A stretch of DNA of 64,000 nucleotides, taken from Octopus bimaculoides. Its lineage: Eukaryota. The notes under the pieces are model-generated. The model was not told the DNA's origin, ran no database searches, and was given only the letters and a program-made list of their open reading frames with translations. Position 1 is the stretch's first letter; every line of letters begins with the position of its first letter. Of this stretch, positions 25,257 to 38,159 are shown piece by piece. The DNA is taken from assembly GCF_001194135.2 (NCBI RefSeq), contig NC_068998.1:44903607-44967606 (forward strand), in the 5' to 3' direction. The position numbers were made by a program, and so were the translations under genes.

Positions 25257-26035
25257 GTTTTAAAATTTGGCAAAAGGCCAGCAATTTTGCGGGAAAGGGT
25301 GAGTTACATTTGACCCCAGTGCTCAACTGGTACTTATTTCATTGACCCTGAAAGGATGAAAGGCAAAGTCAACCTCAGCAGAATTTGAACTCAGAATGTA
25401 AAGAATAATAATAATAAAATGTTGATGCTGATTGTAGTGGTGATGGTGGTGGCGATGGTGCCTTGATAGTTATGAAATATGATGCTAATATAAAATGTGG
25501 AAACATCTTAAAAATGAATTAAAATATAGCACAAAGAATTACAATATAATATAACAAGAATAACAATCATAATATTTGGGGATCCTTTTTACACAGGCAT
25601 TAGGCCAGAAATTTTGGGGGAGGGAAGAATCAATGTAAACCAACTGCAATACTTGACTGGTACTTTATTTTATTGACCCCCTAGAAGGATAAAAGACAAA
25701 GTTGACCTCAGCAGGATTTGAACTCAGAACGTAAAGAGCCAGAATAAATATCACAAAGACATTTTGTCCAATGCTCTAATAATTCTCTTTATATGTAATC
25801 TTTAATAATTTCTAACGTCGGCATACGAACACAGATTTGTAGTGAGGTCAGATGGGGTGGGGGGAGGGATTGGGGCGTCAGTCAATTAAATCAGCCCCAG
25901 TTTTTAAATAGCACTTTATTGTATCAACCCCAAGAAAGATGAAAGGGGAAAAATGACCCCAGCTCAATTTGAACTCTGAAATACAAAGAGCTGAAATAAA
26001 CACTACAAAGCACTTTCCCAACACTAACAGTTCTG
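25250..26035 (-). mobile_element. Chain of three SINE family B copies (25250-25405, 25580-25790, 25820-26035)
   Basis: Each has rc motifs ctggtacttatt...gaaaggatgaaaggcaaagt...gaatttgaactcagaa; interspersed (AAT)n. Confidence 0.8.
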
Positions 26036-26489
26036 CACTTGTAAAATATCAAAGATAAAATAAAAAATACAAACATATGATATAATAAAATGGGATATAC
26101 ACTAATGATGACGATGATCATGATGATGGCGGTGGTGGTTTCATTATAATGAAAGTAAATAATCCTTTAAGATTTCTTCATCAGCTTCTCGTTACAATGG
26201 GATAATGGCATGTAATGGTTAAGGAACTGAAAGAGAAAAAGAGGGTGATAAGGAGGAGAAAGAGACAGAATGAAGGGAAGAAGGAAATAGAGAAAGAGAG
26301 AGAGAGAAAATGGAAGGCAGGAAGGGGGGAACTTTGGAGAATTTTCTACACAGCAAAAAATGTAGTCGAATGATAATTATTTAATATTAAAAACATTAAT
26401 AACATTGTTACAGGTGTTTAAAGGTTGTAGGAGTGGTTGCTGTAGGACAAGGATATTGTGGAGAGCTGCTACAAGATGGTTCCATGTGA

Positions 26490-28020
26490 ACCAAGAAAGA
26501 GTCAAGAGATTGGCAGAGACAGCAGTGCCACCAGTGTCGTCGTCATCATTGTTGTCATCATTGTTGTTGTTGTTGTTGATGATGATGATGCTGTTGTTGT
26601 TTTTGTATCACAGAAATGTCAAGAATGGGTTACAAGACTAAAAGTATCAAGAGAAGGAAATGGAGGCCAGAGTTATGTGGTGGGTGTGAGATGTGGGTGT
26701 AAGTGGATTGTGGGTGTTAAGAGGACAAGTGTGTGTGTGTGTGTGTGTGTGTAGTAGGTGTGTGGTGGATGCAAGTGCTGAGTGTGTTGCATGTGTGAGG
26801 GGTTGGTGAGAGTCATGGTTGTGGATTTGTGTATAGGTGTGGGTTGGCTATAATTAGCAACATGAGGTTTGAAAAAGGACTTGATATAAACTTCTATTGA
26901 GTTTATTTTAGAATGTCATCTGCATAATGCAAAAGTTACTTACATAGTGTGATCAATAAGTATCCGGACTGTCACCATAGTAACGAAGCTAAAGTAGACT
27001 GAGTGAAGCTGCTTGGTACAAATTGACCTTGAACTTTGCTGTGCATGTGCACTAAATTTTAACATTCTAGCTCAGTTATGCTGTTGACAGCAGTGCATGG
27101 AGAGAAGGTGTGAAGCATGTGATCATAGCATTGATCATGACAGAGAAGGTTGAGCAGAGAACCTGCATCAAATTTTGACAAACACTTGGTAATACCTGCT
27201 GAGAAGCCTACACAAAGATTTCAAAAAGTTTTAATCATTCTCAACATAATCAAGGAGATCTTGTGCAACTGAAACCTGAGTGTCTTTTTGGTCAGCTTAA
27301 AACAGTTTTGACACATGCCCCATACCCATATCTTCAGTGATAATGGACTGAACTGAACCGTAACTAATCTGCACATCCTCTGATAACTCACAGACGGTGA
27401 TTCAACGATTTTCCCTCACAGCTGCAGGCACATCTGCGATGTTTTTCTCAGTTCTGCTGGTTGTGGGTCTCTCAGAACTCTCATCAGTATCAACGTCGGG
27501 CTACATATGCCCACTGACACAACATAATGCCAGTGAGGAGATTTGAATTACAAAACCATTGGATTGCTTGTCCAATACCATATACGTTTAAGTATTTATA
27601 TTCTCAATGAACGAGAGGGTAAAATTAAATCTGAACAAAGGAGAGCTGAGAGATTGGCAGAAGCAACAGTGCCATTGTTGTTATTGTTGTTGCTGTTGGT
27701 GATGCTTTTTGTTATTCTTATCACAGAAATGTCAAGAATGGATTTCAAGACTAAAAAATATCAAAAGCTGGAAATGGAGGCTGAGCTATGAGGCTGGTGT
27801 GAGATGTGGGTGTAAGAGAGCAGGTGAGACTAGTAGGTGGGCGGTGAGTGTATGGTGAGTTTGAGGGGTCGGTGAGAATCATTGCTGCCGATTTATGCGT
27901 GAGTGTGGGAGGTGGATTGACCACAATTAGCAACACAGCTTCTGAGAAAGGATTTAACACAACTCTTATTGTTTGTTTTAAAATAATGTCATCTACAGAA
28001 TGGCAAAACTTACATAGGTA
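26490..28020 (+). repeat. Two diverged direct copies of a ~400-450-bp unit (26490-26940 and 27630-28020)
   Basis: Colinear shared blocks gagattggcaga...cagtgcca, tatcacagaaatgtcaagaatgg..caagactaaaa, gtgtgagatgtgggtgtaag, aattagcaaca, aatgtcatct. Confidence 0.8.
26943..27497. mobile_element. Rearranged mariner transposon remnant
   Basis: TA then TIR-like catagtgtgatcaataagtatccggact; + strand 27137 MTEKVEQRTCIKF*QTLGNTC*EAYTKI; - strand 27497-27310 DVDTDESSERPTTSRTEKNIADVPAAVRENR*ITVCELSEDVQISYGSVQSIITEDMGMGHVS (mariner HTH region). Confidence 0.85.
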
Positions 28021-28038
28021 ATCTTGATTATAGTTTAA

Positions 28039-28534
28039 CTATTTGACATTCAGATTACTCTGTCAAATGTAATGCTTACTTAATCACACCATTTTTAATT
28101 AGTCGTGCTTTATCATGTAGCTTTGAGATTTTGATGATAATGATGATCATCATCATCATTTAAAGTCCTTCTTCCATGCTGGCATGGGTTGGACAGTTTC
28201 CCAGGAGTCAGCTAGGCAGAAGCCTTAATTATACTTCGTCTGTTTTGGCATGGTTTTTACAGCTGGATGCCCTTTTTACCACCAACCACTCTGCAGAGTA
28301 GGCTGAGTGCTTTTTACATGGCACCAGCACAGATGAGGTCAATTTTGGCATGGTTTCTACAGCTGGATGCCCTTCCAAATGCCATCCACTTCATAGTGTG
28401 GACTGGGTGATTGTTGATTACTTATTTTTAGAATGACATTGTAGGATAGGTGTGAGAGACTGTATCTGGCTAGTTTTTAACATAAAACACGTAAAATATT
28501 TGGGTTGGATACGGCAGGTTTAAATGCTAAACAG
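28039..28534. mobile_element. TTAA-flanked non-autonomous (piggyBac-like) element interrupted by an RTE 3' UTR insertion at ~28135-28410 (-)
   Basis: TTAA at 28035-38 and 28535-38; imperfect termini ctatttgacatt / aatgctaaacag; cleaner solo end aatgctaaaggg-TTAA at 54970-54985. Confidence 0.5.
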
Positions 28535-29419
28535 TTAATCCCAGGTCGATCATTAGAGAGCCAACTTTTCCCCAAAGATATTTCAGACATGATTTCCCTG
28601 CCAATTTGTGTACCTATGAGTACGAAGTGCAATATGCTATTCTGTTATACAGACAATAGCCTATTTTTTTAATGTCAATTTATCTGCAATTCCTGTCTAG
28701 TCAATGAACTATGTAGAGGTCCTGTCTGCATACAGGTTTCATTTTGGCTCAAGTAATCATGTAAAAGTTTGCTGGTTGACTTAAGTAACTACATAGAGCA
28801 TCTTTTGTTAGCTTGTTGAGTGATTGATTTCGCAGTGTGTGCATGCGCACACGCACACACATACATTGTGCTGCTTTCTATAGCTAAATAACCAAATGCG
28901 AAATGAAATACAAATGTTGTCTATTATCAGTCAGGCGGACTGAAGCAAACAAGTGTTATTTATGTGTTGCCCAACGCTACAACAAAAACAATAACAACTC
29001 TAATAAGGTTTGAACTCATTTATCCATATGAACACAGCTATGGTATTTGGTCTTCATAGTGAGGGGAAAGAAACCAAAGTTAAAGGACCCACAGACAGAC
29101 TGGTTTTATAATGAAGTCCAAGAAATTCTTTACAAAAGAGAATGTAAAAATGGGGAAATCAATCAAGAATAAAGAAATATCAATGAAGGGGAAATTCAAG
29201 ATATATAAATAAATAAATAAACGAATGCAAAGAAATACAAAATGGTAAGAAATAGAGAAAGAATGAAGTAGAATGATCGATTGCATGTGTTTAAAGAAGA
29301 GTTAGAAAGTGATTTTAGAATGAATTCTTTAGAAAAAAGGATATTTTTATTTACCTATGGTGTTATTAGACATAACATGTTACGGTCAGCATTGGAGCAG
29401 AAAGATTTCCTACTATTTA

Positions 29420-30060
29420 TAAGTTTCCTTAATTGATCACCTCTTCTCCTCTTCCTTCCACTCCTGTGATTAGTGATCATCCCTCTCTTTTGCAGTCTCT
29501 CTCTTTCTCTGTCTATATTTCACTCTCTATCAGTCTATCTCACTCAAACACAATCTTTCTTTCTCTCTCTCTCTCTTTCAAACATTCATCCATTCCCACT
29601 CCCTCACATAACCACTGTATCTTTTCTTTTTCTATTTCTCTGCCTTTCCATCATACACTCTCACTTTTTCTTTCACTTTAGCTTTGTCTCACTTTTCTCC
29701 ATCAATTTCTCTGTCTCTTTCTTTCCCTTTTTCTCTCCTTCTCTCTCTATCTCTTACTCGTTTTCTCTCTTTCTCTCACATTGTTTCCTTGTCTTTTTCT
29801 TTCTCTGTTTCTTTCTCTTTCTTCATGTTTCTCACACACAATCACTGTAAAATATACTCTCACTCCCATAAACTCTCTCCTTCTTGCACACACCCTCTTC
29901 ATTTCCCCTTCTATCTTCTTTTCAACCAATTTCTCTCTCTCTCTCTTCTTCTTCTCACACCCAGACAGACACTCCTCATCTTCCTTGCTCTGTCACTACA
30001 GCATATCAGTCATTCACTGAACACCACCACCACCACTACTCCTCCTCCTACTACTACTAT
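29420..30060. repeat. Long degenerate (CT)-rich polypyrimidine tract
   Basis: Composition directly visible. Confidence 0.9.
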
Positions 30061-30635
30061 TATTTATCTATAAGTAATTCTACTGCTGAACAAACTCAGC
30101 CCTTCCAACCAAGCCAATCTATTTGAATGTTACAGCATGGCTAGAGATGTGTTCAGTTAAGCTGATACTGTGAACGCTTCACTAGTTATTTTCAGAGTTT
30201 ATTGAAGTTTGCTGTGTGTGTATACACACACATCCATCCATGAATACACACACACACCATATACACAGATGCATACATGTGTATGTGTATATATATATAT
30301 ACATATATTTACATATATATATGTATATACAGGTGTTCAAGTTTTCATAAGCCAGGTAAAATGAGCTCCATTGTATATTAGGTAATAGAGCAGATATATT
30401 ATTTATATAATGTCATAAATTTAGTCTCATATCAGCCAATTTGTGTTACCAAATAGTTTTGTATAAAAACAAAAGCTCATCCTAGAATGGAAGCATGAGT
30501 TAATACTGTCAGACATGACTAAACATAAAAGTAAAGCTTGGTCTATTTTGTACTCCAGGTCTAAAGCACATTCATTTGACAATTTGCAGAGATACTACAA
30601 AAATCAATAATAATAATTACAGTAATAATGATAAT

Positions 30636-31013
30636 AACAAGAGCATTCAAAGAGTGCGAACTTCTGCCAAGGCAACACCAATGTCCTCTTAACAACTAGC
30701 CAGAGATGATTTTTGAAATTAGAATATCTGAAATAAACTCGACTGCTTTCACAAACGAGAATACTAAAAATGAATCCAAAATTAAGTAAAAAAAATTAAG
30801 TAAATAAACAGGAAAAATAATCCAGAATCCTTGTCTGATACCGGATCAATCCCAAATCTAATCAATTCATACCAGTTACAAGGCCAAACATCCCTGAAAG
30901 TTTCATCTGAATCTATCCAGCGGTTCTTGAAACATCTTGTCCACGGACAAACAAAGAAACAAACAAACACAACTGAAAACAATACTTCTGCCTTTGCTGA
31001 GGTGGAGGTAATA
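30636..31013 (-). mobile_element. Helentron-associated non-autonomous element (HINE/DINE-like)
   Basis: Subterminal motif cttctgccaagg at 30661, terminal hairpin acttctgcct-ttgctg-aggtggaggt at 30984-31009, (AAAC)n tract and gataccggatc motif; architecture typical of HINEs. Confidence 0.6.
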
Positions 31014-33785
31014 ACCGTATATTTTACCCCAGCTTTAAAATCCCCTCCTTTTCACCCCTATTTCCCACTTCGCTTTTTCCCCTTCCTTCATCACACTTTT
31101 CATCTCACCTTTACATCATTTGCCTTCCACACTCATACACAAATTGATGGAATAAAGTTGCCAGTAGAAGACAGCCTTTGAGACAAAGAATGAAGAAGAC
31201 TAGTCTAAGTGGGTATAACCCTAATCCGGCAAAAGATCAGCTTTGCCTTTTGACTTTGTTTCACATTCCTGATTGTCATTCCAGTTCTTTTCTTTTATTT
31301 GATCATTCTTGCAACGTTTCTATGAATTGTCAACTGAATATGGTGTTGGTCTTTTAGTCTTTCAGTACAAAAGAACCTAAGTAAAATGCTTTTCCTATCA
31401 GCCTTATTGTTAAACAAGTAGAAAATAATTCTTCCACCCTTGAGAGAAATTTTCCTAATAAGAAAGTATTCTGTTTCACAAATTGGCTGTTGTCTAACTA
31501 AATTTGCAGCTCTGCACACAGGTGTATATAATTTATTCATTTACTTCTTTCAGTCTTTGGACTGCAGCCATGCTCAGGTACCACTTTGAAGAGATTAATG
31601 AATTAAACCAACCCTGCTACTATTTTAAGTTTAGTATTCATTCTATTGACCACTCATTGCTACTAAGTTACTAGGATGTTAAGAATTTAACTTTCTTACC
31701 ATTTACCCTTGAGTTCAATTCAGCCTCACAGAATACTTATCAAAGCCACTAGTAAACCAAAGCTTTGTGTGTGAAATTTGGTAGAAGAAAGCTGTGTGGT
31801 TTCCAGTTATAACCCCAACTCCCAAGTACGTATCTATGTTTTATGGTATTTAATTCATTGAGAATGGTTCACTTCCACACTGGCCGAATCTTGAGACTGT
31901 CAAAAATATGTGCATTGTGATACTTTCTCAAATATTTTATATTCTGAGTTGAAATCTTTGCTGTTCATCTTTTCAGAAATCAATAAATTAAAGTACAATT
32001 AAAGTAATGAGGTCAATGGTATCAATTAACTCTCAAAATTAGAACCCCTCCCCTCAAAATTGGGAACAATATTGTGCGCATGTGTGTGTTCTTAAGAAGA
32101 TCACTTCACTTCCACATTGCTTCAGGTTTGACTGCACTTTATAGCACCTCAAGTATGTGTCTCCTATTCTATCCTCGACTTCAGTTGTATCTTGTGAGTA
32201 AAATTTGACTGACAAAAACTGCGTAGAAGCCTGTAATATATATATGTGCATGGAAGATGGGCTCCATGTATGTATGTGTGTCTTGAGAGTCTTTACATTG
32301 ACTCCACTTGGACAATGGTAGTGGTCGTTTATGACCCGCATAAATAATATGCTGACCAGCAGCGTTGTTTGTCATATGAAGATATGGAATAACATAATTT
32401 ACTTGAAAATAAAGGGGTTGGGGGTTGGTGTCATGAAGAGTGTCTGGCCATCAGAGCACTTCCTATAGTCTTGCCCAACTTCTTCCAAGATGGGAAAAGC
32501 AGGCATATAAATTATGATAATGAGGAGAAGAAAGAGGAGGGGAGGATGCCTCCACCACTAGTGACAAATAGACATGCATTGTGAAATTTTTTAAAAAATC
32601 AGTGCAACAGACAAAACTACCCTGTAGTATTCAATTCAACCTTTATGAAGTTAATAAAATAAATAGCAGACACAGTACTGTTGTTGATATAAGCTAAAAA
32701 GGTTTGAAAGTAGTGCCCCAGTATGGCCACCATCCAGTGATAAAAAACTATTTAAAAAATGATAGAATAATAGATGGTCATAAGCCAGCCTTCACAAAAA
32801 AAAATACAAAAACTTGGCTTTATGCTTGGCCAAGTCAAAATAAATTATTAAAAAGATATTATTGTATATATTGTAGAGAGCTGTCAAGGTCTACTGAAGA
32901 TGTTCTTTCTTAGCAAAAAGTATTTCTTTGGTTCTTTGTTTTTTCCAGTTTTTTTCCCCCCACTACAATTTCAGGAAGCTAAAGAATACATTACAAATTA
33001 ATTCACTGTATGTAAACTGAGAAGCCTTTTGAAGATCACTCAAAGGATATTTATGTCTATAAGATTATAAGTTTTTGGACAATTAACCCCACCACGTTTT
33101 TTTAATATTTACATTTACACTATGTTTCAATCAGTTTGGTTGATCTCTGATTAGCATAAATACCGAACTAGATTTGAACCAGGGAGTTTTATTTCTAAAT
33201 ACTCAAGAGTAATAACAGAGGCAGTGAGCTTCACCTAACTGTTAATATGCCAGACAGAATACTAAGCATTTTAGATTCATTTATTTAACATTAGAATCTC
33301 TAAGTGGGGTTCTAATAACACTTAAAATAAAGTGTTCCTTTTTGTTTCAAAGATAAATACCTTGCAAGTGGGGAAATCAAATGTTCAAATTAACTCACTT
33401 ACAAGACCATTCCATTTAATTGCTATCATTTTAAATTGCTCCTCTGTTTTCAATACCTTTATTTTCTAATTCTGTAGTTCTTTATATTTATTTACTCATT
33501 TTAATTCCATGACATGTTCTGAAAGGAGGGTTATGTTCGTAGTTGTTGCAGTCCTTCCATAACCTGTGAGATCAATAATATCGATATTCCTTTTGAATAA
33601 CCAGGTGTGGATGGCTACAGGGAAAATTGGGTAACGAAGGAACTCCGGATTACTGACTCTCAGGGAAAGAAAGACTGGACAGAATAGTTAGTGTGGGGCT
33701 TCGGGGGAGATGAGGTGAGCACTATATTAAAGAAATGAAATGCAACTGATCAAACCCTGATATATGCATGCACACGTGCATGCAT

Positions 33786-33830
<45 letters not shown>

Positions 33831-34004
33831 ATTTTAAAAGTGCCAAAGAGACTGGTGTCAGTCAGAGTCAGCAACACTTGTATTATTTAGTAAAATCAAT
33901 AAAAAGGAGAATAGGGGACTTGTTTAGAATGGAAAATTCAACATTTCAGAGACAGATCTTTTAGGGTAAAAGTTGACACTAGAGAACTAAAAGAGACAGC
34001 AGCA

Positions 34005-34288
34005 TTTTGTGTCCTTGTAAGCTATTTGTGGCATGATAACTGTTTTGGTCACTGTCTACCCCCAATAGAAAACAGAATTTCATGGAAGCATACTGTTCCT
34101 TCATTTCAGCCATCGCAAAAATTGATGAACAGGGGAGAAGCACTGCAGGAAATGATGCACCATGTTGCAGTAGGCATTCTGACGCCTGAGGGTTGCATCA
34201 AGTGTCTTCTACTGGCAGAAGCCTGATTTACTACAGGTTTGCCCCACAGAGAACGTTGCTGATTACTTTTCGGTACTCCCTCAAACAT
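34005..34288 (-). mobile_element. mariner transposon 5' end and transposase N-terminus
   Basis: Minus ATG at 34113: MAEMKEQYASMKFCFLLG then frameshift to TVTKTVIMPQIAYKD (cf. EQRxCIKFCFxLGKTAxETxxMLQxAY); TIR-like gagggagtaccgaaaagtaatcagc upstream. Confidence 0.8.
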
Positions 34289-34348
34289 AAATATATATAT
34301 GCACATGTGTGTGTGTGTATGCATGTATGTATGTGTGTATGTATATAT

Positions 34349-34380
<32 letters not shown>

Positions 34381-34384
34381 CATA

Positions 34385-34416
<32 letters not shown>

Positions 34417-34549
34417 AGTGTGTGTGTTTTCATACACATGTATATGCATGTATATATAAAGATAGGGGAAGAATGGGGGCGGGATTAGACAGACAAGCAG
34501 ACAGAGAAATATATTATTTCAACCAGTAATAGAATGCTGAAGAAAGTAA

Positions 34550-34593
<44 letters not shown>

Positions 34594-35202
34594 AAAAGGA
34601 AATAATGAAAATCCAGTCATTAAAAATAATGTCTGGCTAGGCTACTTTGAGGAAATATATATATATATATATACATATGCATATATATCTTTGTGTGTGT
34701 ATATATATATATATATATAGATATATATATATATATATATACATATGCATATATATNNNNNNNNNNNNNNNNNNNNNNNNNNNNNNNNNNNNNNNNNNNN
34801 NNNNNNNNNNNNNNNNNNNNNNNNNNNNNNNNNNNNNNNNNNNNNNNNNNNNNNNNNNNNNNNNNNNNNNNNNNNNNNNNNNNNNNNNNNNNNNNNNNNN
34901 NNNNNNNNNNNNNNNNNNNNNNNNNNNNNNNNNNNNNNNNNNNNNNNNNNNNNNNNNNNNNNNNNNNNNNNNNNNNNNNNNNNNNNNNNNNNNNNNNNNN
35001 NNNNNNNNNNNNNNNNNNNNNNNNNNNNNNNNNNNNNNNNNNNNNNNNNNNNNNNNNNNNNNNNNNNNNNNNNNNNNNNNNNNNATTGACGTGTCACGTT
35101 TGATCTATAATAAAAAAAATATTGTTTGTTAAACAATCTCTATTTACAGTATCTTTATAACCTTTACTTTCTATATTAGTTCTAATACCGTGAGTGTGTA
35201 TG

Positions 35203-35244
<42 letters not shown>

Positions 35245-36059
35245 ATTGAAAGCTGGTGATTCATTCAATGACTGCTTAGAGATTCTTGTCACATATGATC
35301 TGTCAGGCTACAAAAAAACAATGTGTATCATAACTATGTTTGGGTTTCACGAAATAAAAGCATGCAGCATCTAATTGTTCCATTATTGTTGCTAGACTGG
35401 CAAGCTACTGATAGGAGATGGGGACAAAATTTTTGTAGAAATAATTATCAGTCTGTCTCTCGCCTAGATGGAAGAGAAAGACATATTGCTATGAGTGAGC
35501 TGGTGACAACTGAGATTTCTTGAGCGTACTGTGTAGACAGGAATTATTGCTGTTCAGAGATCTTTAGCTAATTGTCTGTGTGTTTAATAGTGGGAATGAT
35601 TAAACAGTAATTTGCTGTTGAAATGTTTTCAAGGGAAATTGCTCATATGCCTGCACACGAAAGCTTGAATTTCCTGTTTAATGTTTTGAAGCATTGAGAT
35701 ATGATATTTTCTTTAGAAATATAGGTTGCACCTTTTTGATCTAATTCAATATGGTGGTTGCATTTTTTTTGATGAAGCTCCAGGCTTATAGGAATCATAT
35801 CAGTTCTGTTGTTCTTCAGTTTTCAGACATATTCAAACATAGAGGTGGAGAAGATGCTATCTCTACTTTTAAAGGTGTGTGTCATGTTTATCTGGTTTTA
35901 AATGTATTATCTGTAAGGCCAATGAACCATCTGCAGTTTTACTGTTTGTATTATGCACAAGTTCCTTTGAAAGCCTAAGAAATAAACTCTACTAAATGGA
36001 TGAAATGAATTTTCTTGTGTTTGTCTACCAACATTATGCAGAGGATTCTGTGTGTATTG

Positions 36060-36720
36060 TCATTAGTACAGAATAGTGTTGACAGAAGGAAATAGAGTTC
36101 ATGAAGATATTTTGAGGTTGCAAATTCTAACCAGTAAAGGAAAGAAGTGATGAACACTCTGCAGAACACATGGACTGAACTGGCATGGATACAAAACAGT
36201 TGAATATCCAGCTAGTAAAACAAAGGTAGGTGAAATATTGTAATGAGATAATTAAGCAGATTGAGGAGAAAGCTCATGAGGTTGATGCATTTAGGAAGCT
36301 GATTTGCATGAGTTGCCTTAAAGGATTTGCCTGGATGACAGCTACACAAAAGATGTTCTCTTCATGGAGTATGTTGTGAAGAACTCTGGCAGAATGTTTT
36401 CTTTTTTGGTATAACCAAGTGTTTAGTATCCTTATTGATACACCAAAACAGTGATGTCATAGCATCATTAGAAGATGTATTAACACCAAATTGTACTTTG
36501 TTTTCGATAAGGAAGGTGAAAAAGAACAATGTAGGAATGAAGCATAGGAAGGCCATGGTACAAATTTCTGAGTGGAGCTAAGAACAGGAATTTGCCAAAG
36601 GATTGTGATGACTTTAATATAAAGATCATGGTGCCACGATAATCCTCCGGTTTGTAGGAGCCTTGCTGAACCTGTAATTTTATAAACTGTATCATGGTCC
36701 AGTTAACTTAGTAGAGCCTC
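36060..36720 (+). mobile_element. Highly degenerate DNA-transposon ORF remnant, Academ-like
   Basis: Pieces RIVLTEGNRVHEDILRLQIL, WMTATQKM..RTLAE, KLYFVFDK, EGHGTNF*VELRT, PKDCDDF in the order recalled for the Academ C-terminal XPG/PIN-like region. Many stops. Confidence 0.4.
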
Positions 36721-36763
36721 TACTTCACTAATCTATATGTCTATACCCAGCTGGTTTAACTTC

Positions 36764-37534
36764 GTTGGATAACTTATTTTGCCTTTTCTTAGATGTTTTC
36801 CAGTCCAAATCTTGTTTTATTTCATTTTGGCAAATTTCTTTTTAAATGGTATACATGGAGGAATGAAACAGATATTTTTTTTTATATCAAGACCATTCTC
36901 AAAACTATCAGCAGTACAAGTAAAATGAAATGATTATGGGTTGCAATCAAAATGAAGCATCACTTTTATATTGCTACTGCAGTTGTTTATAATGGTGAAT
37001 TTTCAAACTCTATATTTCCTATTTACAGTTGTTAGTTAGAGAAATTTAAGAGTTCACAACCTAAGCATTCAATATGGTATCACTGACAAAATATGTTTCC
37101 CTGATAGCTTGCTTGAATATCTGGTACATCAGCAACTTTGACCACTAGTGCTATCTTTTAAATGTAACTGAGACTGGTTAATTAACCCTCGTGCTAACAG
37201 AAGTGAACACTGAAACAAATGAAAATCAAAATGCTGTATTATACATTTAGAACCCCTACTCTATTGTCACCACTATCCTATTAGCTCAGTTATATTTGTA
37301 GTAAGAATATAGAGAGAAAAATCCTTAAGTTGGTGAGTTCAAAATATTTTGATTGCCACCTGTAACCATTTCGCTTTATTTGTCTTGCTGATAGTTTTGG
37401 GAACGGTTTTGATATCAAAAAATGTCTGTTCCATTCCTCCATGTATTCCATCTAAAAAGAGATTTGCCAAAAATGCAATAAAACAAAACTTGAACTGGAA
37501 AACATCTAAGAAAAAGCAAAATAAGTTATCCGAC
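36764..37534. repeat. Long inverted repeat: ~190-bp arms (36764-36953, 37346-37534), ~390-bp spacer
   Basis: Arms align as reverse complements throughout (ggataacttattttgc.ttttcttagatgttttccagt...catggaggaatg...aaaactatcagca...gcaatcaaaat), roughly 80% identity by eye. Confidence 0.9.
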
Positions 37535-37964
37535 AAAAATTCTATTGATATCTGTCTCTTCTGCATTTTGTCTCATTTCTTTCCATCATAATGATAAAAA
37601 TGAATAAAAAATGAGGATGAGAGCCATTTTCAGTAGATTACCTACATGTTTTGTCTCTTTGAAGGTGACCAAGCATTTCTTTTGAATTTTAAGATTAAAG
37701 GCTTCTTTGTCCATTACTATATGTCACACAGAAACAAAAACACCATCATAAACCAACAATTTTCTTTAAAGACATCAGGCAGGCAAAGAGAGACATAGAT
37801 TTCATGAGGGAAAAGTAGCTTAAAGAAATATGTGAACAGAATTGATGATAAAAAGGTTGATAGTTTGCCATCTACTAAACTTAGAAGGTCAGTTGTCATT
37901 TACAGGAGACATACACTCTTTATTGTTGATACCACGGTCTATCTAGAAACAAATAGGTAAAATA

Positions 37965-38159
37965 TGATGGGGTGCTGAAAAGTTCCTGGCTTTTAGGGAT
38001 TGTGAAAACCTTCTGAGTTCTCTTTACAGGGCTTAGAAAAAGTGAAGGAATTCTGCAGTAAATGTATGAATCTGAGAGGGGAATATGTTGAATAAAATCA
38101 TAACTGATCCTCCTGTATTTTCTTTTAACCAAAGCTGTTAACTTCTCAGCACCCCCTCA
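37965..38159 (+). mobile_element. mariner-derived MITE (195 bp); second copy ~42669-42858 (-)
   Basis: TA flanks, TIRs tgatggggtgctgaaaagt / acttctcagcaccccctca; internal LQGLEKVKEFCSKCMNLRGEYVE* equals the mariner transposase C-terminus. Confidence 0.88.

Noticed and set aside
27420-27490. Hammerhead-like CTGATGA...stem...GAAA on the minus strand
   Set aside because: Extra nucleotides in the core, G at the cleavage position, no stem I, and it lies within mariner coding sequence.
33540-33720. Possible second GIY-YIG fragment (FPVAIH... on minus)
   Set aside because: Similarity too weak to support a call.
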